From Dictyostelium discoideum (Eukaryota), in the NCBI GenBank assembly GCA_000004695.1, contig CM000152.2, positions 3,104,001 through 3,168,000 of the forward strand: DNA of 64,000 nucleotides. Reading direction: 5' to 3'. Numbering within the stretch: position 1 is the first letter of the stretch; every line of letters starts with the position of its first letter. This document shows positions 1 to 17,268 of this stretch, piece after piece. Under the pieces are notes generated by a model, which worked only from the letters and a program-made list of their open reading frames with translations, was not told the origin of the DNA and searched no databases. The position numbers and the translations under genes were made by a program.

Positions 1-1144
1 GTTGTTTAGTATCGAAATCATGTAAAACGGCCTCTTCATCGATGCCATCGTGGGAAACTGGTTTTTGAACTGGTTTTGGTTTTGGAAGTATTTTCTCCAA
101 GAGCTTAGCGTTTTCGGGTGTGATTTGACCAGAGGTTGGGAAAACGACATTGAATTTGATAAAGAGTCTACCCTTTTCAAAAGGTCTCTTGTAACCTGGC
201 ATACCTTCGTTATAAATACATTTGATATCACCTTGTTTGATGATTTGAGTTGGTGGATTCTTTACGGTGATGACACGACCATCCAAATGGGTGATGTAAA
301 AGGTGAAACCTGTCAAAGCCTCTAAAAGGGTCAACTCATGCTCCATGACGAGATCGTCGCCATCACGTTGGAATACTGGATGCTCCTTTTGAACGAGTAC
401 AACGATGACGTCACCTGGTACGATATCAGGTGATTCGTAATCACCTTCCTCTGGGAAAACGATCTTTTGACCGTGTTTCATACCCTTGTCAATGTTTACT
501 TCGAGTGTTTTCTTCTCTTGAATGGTTTTGTTACCTTTACATTTTGGACATCTATCTTTCTCACGGATAACATTGCCCTCACCTTTGCAAGATGGACATT
601 GTGATTGTAACTTTTGGACCATACCTGGACCGATTTGTCTATGAATAACCTTGAAACCTTGACCATGACAATCGTCACATTTCTTTACACCATCCTTGCT
701 TGTTGAACCTTTACCTGCGCAATCTGGACATTTGCTACTCTTTTGTAAGGCGAGTTTTTGAACTTTACCCTTGTATAAATCCTCGAGTGTAACTTTAAGA
801 TTATGTTGGAGTGGTTCTCCTTTTCTTGGTCCACGTCTACCACCACGTCCTCCAAATCCTCCAAATCCACCACCACCAAAGAATTGTGAAAAGATATCAT
901 CTGGTGAAAATCCTGCTCCACCTTCTTTCAAACCTTCTTCACCATATTTATCATAAAGTTCTCTCTTTTCAGTATCAGATAAAACTTCATATGCAACTGT
1001 AAGTTCTTTAAACTAAATTTTAAAAATAAAAAAAATTAGTAAAATAATAAATAAATATAAATATAATAATAAATATAATATTATTATTATATATATAATG
1101 TGTTGTGGGAATAAATTTGAATTTGAAATTTCAAATTCTAAACT

Positions 1145-1189
<45 letters not shown>

Positions 1190-1333
1190 AAATCTTACTT
1201 TCTCTACTGCAGCTGGATCTGGATTCTTATCTGGATGATATTTAATTGCTAATTTACGGTATGCCTTTTTAATATCAGTTTCTGATGCATCACGTGCAAC
1301 TCCTAAAATATCATAAAATTTATTATCGGGCAT
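1..1333 (-). CDS. DnaJ/Hsp40 type I (DNAJA/Ydj1-like), two exons: exon1 ~1197..1333 (ATG at 1333), intron ~1013..1196 (GTAAGA...TTTAG), exon2 1..1012. The C-terminal codons lie beyond the window start.
   Basis: Exon 1 translates to [45 protein letters not shown], a J-domain with the HPD motif. Exon 2 reads [27 protein letters not shown], then a G/F-rich linker ([13 protein letters not shown]), then a four-fold CxxCxGxG zinc-finger region ([32 protein letters not shown]), then a C-terminal peptide-binding domain. The ORF still runs open at position 1. Confidence 0.9.
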
Positions 1334-1746
1334 TTTGTTTTATGCGCTAATGTATATTTATATAAATGTTGTTGAAAATAAAAAAATATGAAAAACCCTA
1401 TAATTTATTTATTTGTTTTATTTGTGTTTGTTTTAAGAGTTTGTTAGTTTGTGTTTAAACATTTAAATAAAAATAAATAAAATAAAAAATGGTAAAAAAT
1501 TTAAAAAACAAATTAGATAAAAACACACACGGTTTAAAAAACAAAAAAAAACAAATTTAAAAAAAATAAATAAAAAATAAAATTAAAAATTATAAACTAT
1601 TTCTTTTTAGAAATGTAATATAACAATTAATCCTACATACTTTGTTTTAATTAATTTTAAAAAAAAAAAAAAAAAAATTATATATATATAAATATCCTTA
1701 AAAGAAAAAAAAAAAAAAAAAAAAAAATGAAAAAAAAATTAAAGTC

Positions 1747-1782
<36 letters not shown>

Positions 1783-2630
1783 GAAAAAAATTAAATTTTT
1801 GTCGTTATAATTCGTTTTAATTTCACCCAAATTTCATTTTTTTTTCTTTTTTTTTTGTTTTGTTCGTGAAGTTTTAATAACCGAAAACAAAGTTTTAAGG
1901 AATATAGTTTTAATTTAAGTTGAAGAAAAAAAATAAAATAAAAATAAAAACCCTCAACTTAATTTCGATTATTTTCATTTTTTTTCTTATTTTAATAACA
2001 GTTTAACTTCCCCAAAAAAAAAAAAAAAAAAAATTAAAAAAAAAAAAAAAAAAAATAAAATGAATTTTTTTTTTTTTTGCAAAAACTCCTTAAATACCGA
2101 AGTTCGATTTAATATATTCAGTTATTTAAATTATTTTAATTTTAATTTTAATTTTTATAAAAATAAAATAAAATGAAATAAAGAAAATCTTAACAAACGA
2201 ACTTTTTTTTTTTTTTTTTTCCTAAAAATATTTGGAAAAATATAATTATATAAAAAATTTTTATACATATGTATTGTCAGTCCATAAATTATTTATTTTT
2301 TTATATTTTTCCAAATATGTTTAAAAAAAAAAAAAAAAAATGATACAACAATAATTTTTTTTTTTTTTTGTTATTTTTTAATTTTATTTCCAAAGGAATC
2401 TTGGTTTGATAAACATTTTATTTATTTTTTTTTGGATATTTTTTTTTATTTATTTTATGTTTTTTATTATTTTATATTTTTTTTTTTATATTTTTACTAT
2501 TATATATTGTAAATATAGATAGATATATGTACATTGTAATATTATTTTTATTATTATTATTATTATTTGGATTATTATAATTTTGAGAATAAAAAAGACA
2601 GATAATAATTAAAATTTTAATATATTATTA

Positions 2631-2725
2631 TTAAAACATTAATTCATCATCTTCATCTAAAATTTGTTCTTGTTGTCGTTCTTCTTGTTGTTCACCTTCT
2701 TGTTGTTCTTGTTGTTCTTTAATTA

Positions 2726-2756
<31 letters not shown>

Positions 2757-3033
2757 TCTTGGTATATAAGTACTATTATTATTTTCATCGAAATCCAAAA
2801 CATCATCATCAATTAAACTATCATGTACAGAATCTTCCAACCAATTAAAATCTACATCAGCAGTAGTTGATTCTTTTATACTATTTGTAAATGATGAAAC
2901 ACTACTTCTTTTACTATTATTATTACTATTACTATTACTATTGCTATTGCTATTATTGTTGTTGTTATTTTCCAAGTCGTCCAAAGTTAATTCTGTAAAT
3001 AAAAATAAAAATATCAATATTATTAATATCAAT

Positions 3034-3074
<41 letters not shown>

Positions 3075-4372
3075 ATAATTACCTTTTTCATAAAAAGATA
3101 AACCTTTTTTAGCATCTCTTAAATTATTCGAAATTTCATCAGAAATTTCATTAAACGCTAATTTATTATCTTGATTTAAACTAATTTCCAATGACTCTAT
3201 ATCAATTTCATCTACATTATCAGATCGTCTCTTTATGGATGAAGTTGAAGTTGAATTTGCTGTTGTTGTGGTTGTTGTTGTTTTAGTTATTGATTTTGGA
3301 GTTGTAGTTTGTTCATCTGTAGGGTTTGTTTTTGTAATAAATGATTTTTTTGTTGCACTTGATGTTGTTGAGTTTGTAGCTGTAGTTGATGGTGTTTTAG
3401 TTGATGATAAAGTGGCGGAAGAAGAAGAAGATGAAGATGATGATGAAGATTTAGGAGTTGAAGTTAAAGTTGAAGGTCTTTTTAAAGCAGATGTTGTTGT
3501 GGAACCAATTGGTGAAGATGTAGTACTGGATGATATTCTTCTAGTTGGTGTTGTTGAGGTTGTCGTTGTTGAGGTTGAGGTTGTTGTATTAGTAGATGAT
3601 GATAATTTTGAAGGTGTAGGAGTTGAAAGTGGTGAAGATGGAGTTGATTTTGATTTTGTTAAAGTTGGAGCAGGTGGTGTTGGTCCTGGTGGTGAAATTG
3701 GTGATTTAATAATTGGTGGTAATGATCTAGTTAAATTTGAACTTGATGATTGTTTAGATAATGAAGTTGTAATTGCTCTAGTTCCAATACTACTATATCT
3801 ACCAGACTGTGTCGATGTTGCTAAATTTGGACTTGATGATGATGCAGTTTTAGTTATCATTGTTGTTGGTGTTTTTGATATTGGTGATTGTGATGAAGTA
3901 CTCATACCACCACCACCTCCACCACCACTACCACCAGTAATAACATCTTTTCTGGTTGTACCTAAACTTGATTTACTTCTAATTATATTTGATGCATCTA
4001 AAGGTCTTTTTATTGAACTACTAACTTCAGTTCTATTACCTATTGATGAACCTGATCTTAAGCTTGTTGATGATGATGATTGTGTTTTATTTGGTGTAGT
4101 TGTAGTAGTAGTGGTAGTTGTTGTTGTTGGGGTAGTATTTGTTGAAGATCTTATTTTTAAACCAGAAGCTCTACCAGTTGTTGGAGTTTTTGATCTAGTT
4201 GTTGATGTATTATTATTATTATTATTATCATTATTATTATTATTATTATTATCCTTTTTAAAATCATTTAAATCAAAATCTAAATCATTTGAATCTTCAA
4301 CCATTTTTTGATGTTGTTCCTCTTCAAAGAGGGAATTTTTTAATTTTTCACAAAATTCCAATTGATCACCTT
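2631..4372 (-). CDS. Ser/Thr/Asn-rich low-complexity ORF (>576 codons) directly downstream of, and out of frame with, the CLASP_N ORF. It is probably the C-terminal continuation of that gene through an undetected intron or a frameshift, but could be a separate gene.
   Basis: A long open frame on the minus strand (track ORF 2631..4361) with poly-T, poly-S, poly-N, PPGPTPP and GGGGGGG runs. It stays open upstream to ~4440, overlapping the 3' end of the CLASP_N ORF in another frame. The first in-frame ATG (MVEDSND) lies inside the ORF. Confidence 0.45.
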
Positions 4373-5388
4373 TTAGATGTTCTTGAACAGTGAAAAGATT
4401 CTTTTGAGTGGTTGGAGTGAAATGAGTGTAGAATAAAGGGTTGCACTCTTTTCATTTAGTTCAGAATAAGCCCAAAAACAATAACGTGCCATTTGACGAG
4501 TTTCACTAGCGCCATCGATTAACAGCTTTTGAATGGATTTCTCCAATGCAGGCACACTGCTAACCAGAATCATACCATCGTTCTCGATGGCCCTGCTTAG
4601 AACTATGTAAATATACTCTGAGCATCTTTTACGTAATTGCTCGTTATGTTGGTCTAATGATGCGTCTAAAAAAGTTTGTAAAAGGTTTTTGGTTGAAACA
4701 CTCTCTAGAATATCTTTCAATGTCTGATGTGCAGATTCAGAGATTATCGTTGTTTTAACAGGTACCATTCTAATTAATGCTTGAGTATATTGTAATGCGA
4801 ATGGTTCAAACTTTGATTTCATTCTAAATCCCAACAAACTAACACTTGCACATGCCTCTTTAACAATGGTTGATCTTAATTCTGTCAATTGTTCAATCAA
4901 TGCTGGTGAAATCGATCTCAACATTGAACTCCACCCTTTAAATTCTATACCATTACCATTTATAATCCTTTGTAAAATTTGTAATGCTTTTAATCTAAAT
5001 GTCCATTCTTTATCTTTATTTCTAAATTCACTAACAATATCATCTAATTTTTTTTGTAATTCTTTTTCATTTTCAAACTAAAATTTTTTAATAATAATAA
5101 AAAAAAAAAATAAAAAAATAAAAAAAAATTTAAATAATAATAATAACATATTAATATTTATATATGTATGTGTGTGTGTATGTGTGTTTTTTATATTTTT
5201 TATTATTTTTTTTTTAAAAATAAAAAAAAACTTACATCTAATGGTGAATTATCAACTTTAGTTTGTGTAAATAATCTTGAACCTACTGTGTTAGTGCTAC
5301 TACCACTACCACTACTACTTGAAGGTGATGATGATGTTGATGTTGAGGAGGATGATGTTGGTACAGTTGATAATCTTGATGTTTTCAT
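4373..5388 (-). CDS. CLASP_N / TOG-like HEAT-repeat protein, N-terminal part: exon1 ~5236..5388 (ATG 5388; MKTSRLSTVPTSSSS...NSPLD), intron ~5078..5235, exon2 4373..5077 ending at a TAA.
   Basis: Exon 2 reads FENEKELQKKLDDIVSEFRNKDKEWTFRLKALQILQRIINGNGIEFKGWSSMLRSISPALIEQLTELRSTIVKEACASVSLLGFRMKSKFEPFALQYTQALIRMVPVKTTIISESAHQTLKDILESVS... This matches the CLASP_N consensus from memory (W..R..AL..L, LRS.VVKEAC, spaced HEAT helices). Donor GTAAGT and acceptor TTTTAG were seen in the sequence. Confidence 0.6.
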
Positions 5389-5408
5389 ATCATTTAAAAT
5401 TACAAATT

Positions 5409-5450
<42 letters not shown>

Positions 5451-5600
5451 TTGTTTAATAAATATAAATATGTGTGGATTTTGTGAAAAAATTTTCAATA
5501 TTTTTTTTTTTTTATTTTCATTTTTTTTTTTTTTTATTTTTTTTTTTTTTTTTTTTGTTCCCAATTTTTCAACCGAAGTCACCATTTACTTTCATTTTTC

Positions 5601-5643
<43 letters not shown>

Positions 5644-5724
5644 TATTTTTATCTTTTTTATTTTTATCTATTTTATTTTTACCTTTTTTTTTATTTTATT
5701 TTTATTTATATTTTTATTTTTATT

Positions 5725-10793
<5,069 letters not shown>

Positions 10794-11386
10794 TATGATG
10801 AGTTGAATTTATTTTTTTAATTTAAAAATGAAAAAAAAAAAAAAAAAAATAAATTAAAAATGAAAAATTATGAAACGAAAAAAAAAAATAAAATAAAAAA
10901 TTAAAAAATTGGGTTTTTTTTTTTGGGTGAATAGAAGATACACATTTTATTTATTTAAATTCTTTACTAAATATGTATAAATTCTATTGGGAGGTTTTTT
11001 TTTTTTTTTTTTTTTTTTAATTTTTTTTATATTATTATTTGTATTATTTTTGTAATTATTGGTGTTATTTCTATTAATATTATTATTATTATTTTTTTTT
11101 TTTTTATTATTTGATTTATTTTTATTATTTTTTTTTTTATTATTTTTATTATTTTTTATTATTTTTTTTATTATTTTTATTTTTTTTATTTTTATTATTT
11201 ATTTTTATTATTGATTTGGAATTATTTATTTATTATATTTATTATTTTTATTATTTTTTAAATCCCTTTCTCATTAAATATTTTTTTTTTTTTTTTTATT
11301 TTTTTTTTTTTTTTTTTTTTTCAAGAAGAAAAAAAAAAATTAGAAAATAAAAAAAAATAAAAATATTTTCCAAATGTTTAATTGAA

Positions 11387-12136
11387 TTATTTTTGGGAAA
11401 TATTTGCAATTAATGATTTTGAATTTAACCAAGGATTATTTTGATTTAAATTCTTTTTTAGCATTTGAGTTGAACAGGTTGAGGCGAGACGTGGGAACTC
11501 TATTTCAGAGAAATTGTAAGGAGTGGTGACAAAGTTGACCAAGGAGGAGCTACATTCATCCATAAGTTCCCAATGTTCTAATTCCTTTTCTCTTTCATCT
11601 GGTTGTTCATTGAAAACGACAAAGTCGTTTTCAATGTCATCATTTGGATTCTTTACAATGACGACATCTGTTTGTTTTAGACTCAATTCGATGGCCTTTT
11701 GGATGTCGGAATTCTCTCTAGCATTGGCATTGGTGAAACGAAGTTCATGTTGGAATACACCATTTGGACCGAGTTTGACACAGAACGAGGTTTCGTAGGT
11801 TGGTTCATCAACATCATAATCTTGTGGTTCTGGGAATAAAGATTTCTTATCTTTATCCTCGCCATAAATTAATGGTGGACGATTTGTTTTTATATTGTTG
11901 TTGTTGTTGTTATTATTATTGATACTATTTGTTTGTGGTGGAGCATTGGCTAAACGAATTAAAGTAAGTCTATGCTTTTCTTCTTGTTCCTTCAACTTTT
12001 TTTGATCCTCCAACTTTTTAATTTCAAGTTTTTTTAATTTGTCAACTTTAAGGATTTCTTTTTGTTTTCTAATATTTACATCTTTTTTGTTTCTATTTCT
12101 ACAGTCGAGGCCAAATCTTGGTGGTGTTGATTCCAT
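11387..12136 (-). CDS. Hypothetical 249-aa protein with a ubiquitin-interacting-motif-like segment; single exon.
   Basis: ATG at 12136 (MESTPPRFGLDCRNRNKK...). It contains ENSDIQKAIELSLKQ, which fits the UIM pattern (acidic residues, then A...S). The N-terminus is lysine-rich and there is a poly-N tract. I recognise no other family. Confidence 0.55.
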   Translation of the reverse strand: MESTPPRFGLDCRNRNKKDVNIRKQKEILKVDKLKKLEIKKLEDQKKLKEQEEKHRLTLIRLANAPPQTNSINNNNNNNNNIKTNRPPLIYGEDKDKKSLFPEPQDYDVDEPTYETSFCVKLGPNGVFQHELRFTNANARENSDIQKAIELSLKQTDVVIVKNPNDDIENDFVVFNEQPDEREKELEHWELMDECSSSLVNFVTTPYNFSEIEFPRLASTCSTQMLKKNLNQNNPWLNSKSLIANISQK

Positions 12137-12685
12137 TTTTTTAATATTATATATATATATATTATACTTTTGATAAGGTTTGGTAGATAATTTATATAAA
12201 AAAAAAATAAAAAAAATAAAAAATTAAATTTAATAAATAATTATATAATTTATATATTATCTATTTAAAAGAATGAAAAGGAAAATTTATTTTATACAAG
12301 AAAAAATTTTTTAAAAAAAAAATTATTTATTATTTTTAATAAAAAAAGACAAAAAGAGTATAAAAAAAATATTTGGAAAAAATTATTATTATTTAAAAAA
12401 AAAATTATTATTATTTAAAAAAAAAAGAGGATATTATTATTATATTTACAAAAATGAAAAGAAAAAAAAACAAAAAATAAAATAAAAAGGTTTATATAAT
12501 TAAAAAAAAATAAAAAATAAAAAAAAAAAAAATAAAAAAAAATAAAAAAAAACAAAAAAAAATAAAAAAAAATAAATATTTAAAAAAAAAAAAAATTAAA
12601 TTATTATAAAATTATTTTGATGACAAATGGATAATTTAATATGGGAAATATAAAATAAAATGGGTTTTGTATATATATGTATATA

Positions 12686-12718
<33 letters not shown>

Positions 12719-12760
12719 ATTATTTAAATTTATGATAAATAAAGATAATTGTGGTGAGGT

Positions 12761-12809
<49 letters not shown>

Positions 12810-13746
12810 GGTTAGATTATGTGGACTGAGAATTTGAGAAAAAATAAATAAATAAAATAAAAAAAAAAAAAAGAAAAAAAATAAAATAAAATATAAAAAA
12901 AATGTTAATATTTAAATTTCAAAAAATTGATATTATTTAAATTTTTAAATTTCCAACAAAACAAAAAAATAATGTTGTGATGATAGTCATTTTTTTTTTT
13001 TTTTTTTTTTTTTGGAATCTAATAAACCCTCCAAAATTTTTTTATTCGTTATACATGTAGAGAGATGGGTAAAAAGAAAAAAAATATTTAAATAAAACCA
13101 CCACCAATATATTACACTAGATACCCAAATTTCCCCATGTGTTAATTTGTTTACAGATAAAAAATATTTTTTAAAAAATGTCAATTTATTATTTTTTATT
13201 CTTAAAAAACTACCACTCTTATAATACACACACATACATAAAATACAATACATGTAAGCTTGGTAAAATATTCTATTTTTTTTTTTTTTTTTTTTTTTTC
13301 CAATTTTTTTTTTTTAATTTTTTGGTTTTAATTAATTAAAAATTATTATTATTATTATAATAAAGAAATTACCACTTTTATATATTACAACAGAGAATTC
13401 TCTTACCGTATCTATTTTATTATAATAATGGTTTTTTATTTTAATTTATTTTTTATTTATTTTTTATTTTTGTTTTTTTTTGTTTTTTTTGAATGGATTT
13501 GGGGGTAATTTAAAATAGTAATGAAATAATAAAAATAATAAAAATAATAAAAATAATAATAAAAATAATAAAAAAATTAAATGAAATGAAACATTCATAA
13601 TAAATGAAGTAAAAAATAATTTAAATTAACAAAAATTAACAAATTTATCAGTTGCATATGAAATTAAAATAAATTATTATTATTATATGAATAAAAAAAA
13701 TATTTGGAAAAAGAAAATAATTGTGTTTTATAATTTTATAATTTAA

Positions 13747-13788
<42 letters not shown>

Positions 13789-14610
13789 AAAGTTAGAAAA
13801 TATGGAATAATATTAATATTTTAATCACTTACCAATTGCTATTGAATCCAAAAGGAAATGGTTTTTTTTTAAAAAAATATAAAAAAAAGGGAAATACAAG
13901 TTAAATTTTTTTAAAAAAAATATAAAAAAAAGATATATACAAATAAATACAGAAAAAAGAAAAAAAAAAAAATTAAAAAAAGATAAAAAAGAAAAAGAAG
14001 GAAAAAAAAAATAAAAAAAAAATAAAAAAAAAATAAAAATAAAAAAATAAAAAAAGGTTAAAAAAAAGTTAAAAAATTAAATATATAAAAAAAACAAAGA
14101 TTGAAATAAATTGGTGATTAGATTAGGATGATGAGTGATTGTTAAAATGAAAAAAAAAAAAAAAAAAAAAAAAAAATGAAAAAAATTAAAACAATATTAT
14201 TAAGAAAAAATTAATAAAATTTAATTAAATTTATGATCATTTTTTTTAATTTTTTTTTTTATTAAAAAAAAAAAAAAAAAAAACCACTTGATATCTCACA
14301 AAAATGAGAGCACTGCAAATTTTTAATAAAAAATACATTTAATAACCCAGTCAAAAAATTAAAATTAAAAAAAAAAAAAATATTCAAAAATAAAAAATTA
14401 ATAAAAATAATAAATATAATATGACATCCAACTGTCTTGATTTTTTTTAATTTTAATTTTTTGAATTTTTTTTTTTTTTTTTTTTGAATTTTTTTTTTTT
14501 TTTTTTTTGATTTATTAAAATTAAATTGTAATTTACAATAAAACAAATTTTTTGTGTGTGTTTTTTTTTTTTTTTTTATATCTTTAATAAATATTGAGAG
14601 ATATTGATAG

Positions 14611-14632
14611 AGAGAGAGAGAGAGAGAGAGAA
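14611..14632. repeat. (GA)11 dinucleotide microsatellite immediately 5' of the MGN-gene ATG.
   Basis: agagagagagagagagagagag seen directly in the sequence. Confidence 0.95.
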
Positions 14633-14642
14633 AATATAAAAT

Positions 14643-15911
14643 ATGGGAAATGTAGAATCGCTTTCAAATTCAATTTCTGAGGAATATCATAGGGTAGATG
14701 CTACAAACAGAGGATATTTGGTATGTTAATGATTTATAATTCGCAATCCAATAAAAAAAAAAAAGTGGTGTATACAAAATCATTTTAATGTTGTAAATAA
14801 AAAAAAAACAAATACAAATATATATATTATTTAATAAATACCTTTAACACTTTCAAAATTTTACAAGAAATTTTCAACTTATCAAAAAATTGATATACCC
14901 CCACACACTCACACACTCACACACCACATACACACACTTTCCAAAAAATAAATTTCATTTTTAATCACTTATTTCCTAATCTCATATATTTTTACTTTTT
15001 GGAATACAAATTTACCAAACTACTTTTTTGTTTTCTTTGATAACTTAGTATGAAAGTTTAATTATAGAATCTACTGTCTATCTGGCATTCAAAAAAAAAA
15101 AAAAAAAAAAAAATAATAATAAATAATAAAAATAATAAAATTAAAACATTAAAAAAATTACATAATGACAACACTTTTATAAAATTCTATATTTAAAATA
15201 ATCTATTTTTAAGTTTTTTACATTTATTGACTTTTTTTTTTTTTTTTTCTATTATCATAATAATTCTTTTTTTTTTTTTTAATTTATTTGAAATTTTATT
15301 ATTAATAATTATTACCTTTTTTTTTATTATTATTATTATTAATTATAATGATTTATAAAAGTTATTGGATGAATTATTACAAATGCAACCACCTAGAGAG
15401 AGTACGATTGATATATGTCATCTTGGTACATTATTTGTAATTGATAAAAGAAGGACAGGTAGATTCTATCATAATGATATACTTGAATTTGCAAGGACCT
15501 ATGCATCACAGGCTTTATTAAATGGTAGGAAAGATGATTTTCAATCAAAATTTCAGGCTTATTGTACTTTAAAAATGTGGAACGAGATTTCAAAAGATAG
15601 AGATGAAATATTTGTTGAATGGTTTGTTGTTTTTTTTTTTTTTTGATTTTTTTTTTTTTTATTATTGATATTATTAATATTAACATTTTGTTTGAAAGGT
15701 TTACAAAACTATTCACAGAGAATCCAAACTATATACAAAAATTTGATCAACATAGTGAAACTTATTTAACAAGTGATGCTATAAATAAAATGTATCAGGT
15801 AATTATTATTATTATCATTATTATTAATTATTATTTTATTATAATTATCTTTTTGATTTTTATTTTTGTGATTATTTAAGGAGATAGGGGTTAGATTTTA
15901 TTGTGGGATGG

Positions 15912-15980
<69 letters not shown>

Positions 15981-16514
15981 TTATTTTTTTTTTTTTTTTT
16001 CGAGAAATCTTTTTAAATATTAAAGAAAACTAATTTTTAAAACCACAACACATTTAGATATTATCAATTAAAAATTATTATGGGGGTGATTTTAGAAGTT
16101 TTCTAGATTTAATGCAAAGATCTGCAGAGGAAGAAGATTTAATGAAATTAGATGAAGATGAATTGGACGATGTAGTACCAGCTCAAATTTTAAAAAACTT
16201 TTCAAAACATTTTATTGATGGTTTTAAAAAATTAATGGTAAGCAAATTATTTAATTTTATTTCTGTTAATAATTTAATTTTTTTTTTTTTTTTTTTTATT
16301 TTATTTTATTTTATTAATATTATTTTGGGTAAAAAAAAAAAAAAAATCTATTTAAATTTGTATATATATTGATAAAATATTTATATATCTCATTCTTTTA
16401 AAATAATATTATTTTCTAAATCTTATTCTAATTCTAAAAAAAAAAAAAAATAAAAAAATGAATTTCTAGTCTGAACTTGGTTTCCAACCAGATTTACTTT
16501 CAAATGTTCAATAG
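14643..16514 (+). CDS. N-myristoylation-type (MGN...) hypothetical protein, 5 exons: 14643..14720, ~15362..15621, ~15699..15798, ~16096..16237, ~16470..16514. Exon 1 carries a weak EF-hand-like loop.
   Basis: Exon 1 is MGNVESLSNSISEEYHRVDATNRGYL followed by a GTATGT donor. Exon 2 reads LLDELLQMQPPRESTIDICHLGTLFVIDKRRTGRFYHNDILEFARTYASQALLNGRKDDFQSKFQAYCTLKMWNEISKDRDEIFVEW. Exon 3 reads FTKLFTENPNYIQKFDQHSETYLTSDAINKMYQ. Exon 4 reads SFLDLMQRSAEEEDLMKLDEDELDDVVPAQILKNFSKHFIDGFKKLM. Exon 5 reads SELGFQPDLLSNVQ then stop. The exon 2 donor is a weak GTTTGT, and the exon 3/4 phase does not close in my hand count, so the internal junctions are uncertain. Confidence 0.45.
15912..15982. repeat. (ATT)n microsatellite (~24 units) in the putative intron 3 of the MGN gene.
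   Basis: Seen directly in the sequence. Confidence 0.95.
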
Positions 16515-17268
16515 AATATGAAAAAACTAGTTTTTCTATTTTTTTATAAAAAAAAAAAAAAAAAATTTGTAAATAATAATAAAAGATAGTTAACAATTAT
16601 GTATCAATTTTTTTTTTTTTTTAAAATTTCATATAATTTTTATTCATTTTTTTTTTTTTTTATTTTATTTTTTAAATTTCATACTTGATGTGAAATTAAT
16701 TCAATTTAGAATCACAAATGGTTAAAATAAATATTGTGAAAAAGGAAAAAAAATAAAAAATAAAAAAAAAAATAAAAAATAAATGTGGTAAAAAATATTT
16801 ACTAAAGTTTCAATTAAAAATGTTCAAATTATCCTATCCAATTAACATAAAAACTATATTGTGTGGTAAATAAATTTTAAAAGGAAAGTTGTCTAAAAAA
16901 AAAAAAAAAAAAAAATAATTAAATTTTGTTGTGGTATGGGGTAAATTCGATTTATTGAAAAAAAAATAATAGCTAATTAGTAAAATTCCTCAATTCATTA
17001 TTTACTCTTTAGCTATGGTGTGTTTCCGATAAATTATGGAAATTCATAATAAAAAAAAAAAAAAAAAAAAAATATTGGTGTTCTAAATAATTACTATTTA
17101 AAATAAAAATTATCATAATTCTAAATATCAATTATTAAAATAATAATAATTATCAATTATAATAATAATAATAATTTAATATTTATTTAAAAAAAACAAA
17201 AAAACAAAAAATAAAAATTTATATTTTATTTTTTTTATATTTAAATACTTTTCAATACATATAACAAA

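Noticed and set aside
3235-4311. 358-aa plus-strand ORF (VVVVV/EEDEDD-rich).
   Set aside because: It is the antisense reading of the minus-strand Ser/Thr-rich ORF. (ACA/ACT/AGT)n read backwards gives V/L/D codons, and it has no start context. It is an artefact.
16990-17060. Heat-shock-element-like GGAAATTCAT upstream of the small HSP gene.
   Set aside because: The spacing is GAA-N1-TTC rather than the canonical nGAAnnTTCn inverted trimer. That is too weak to call.
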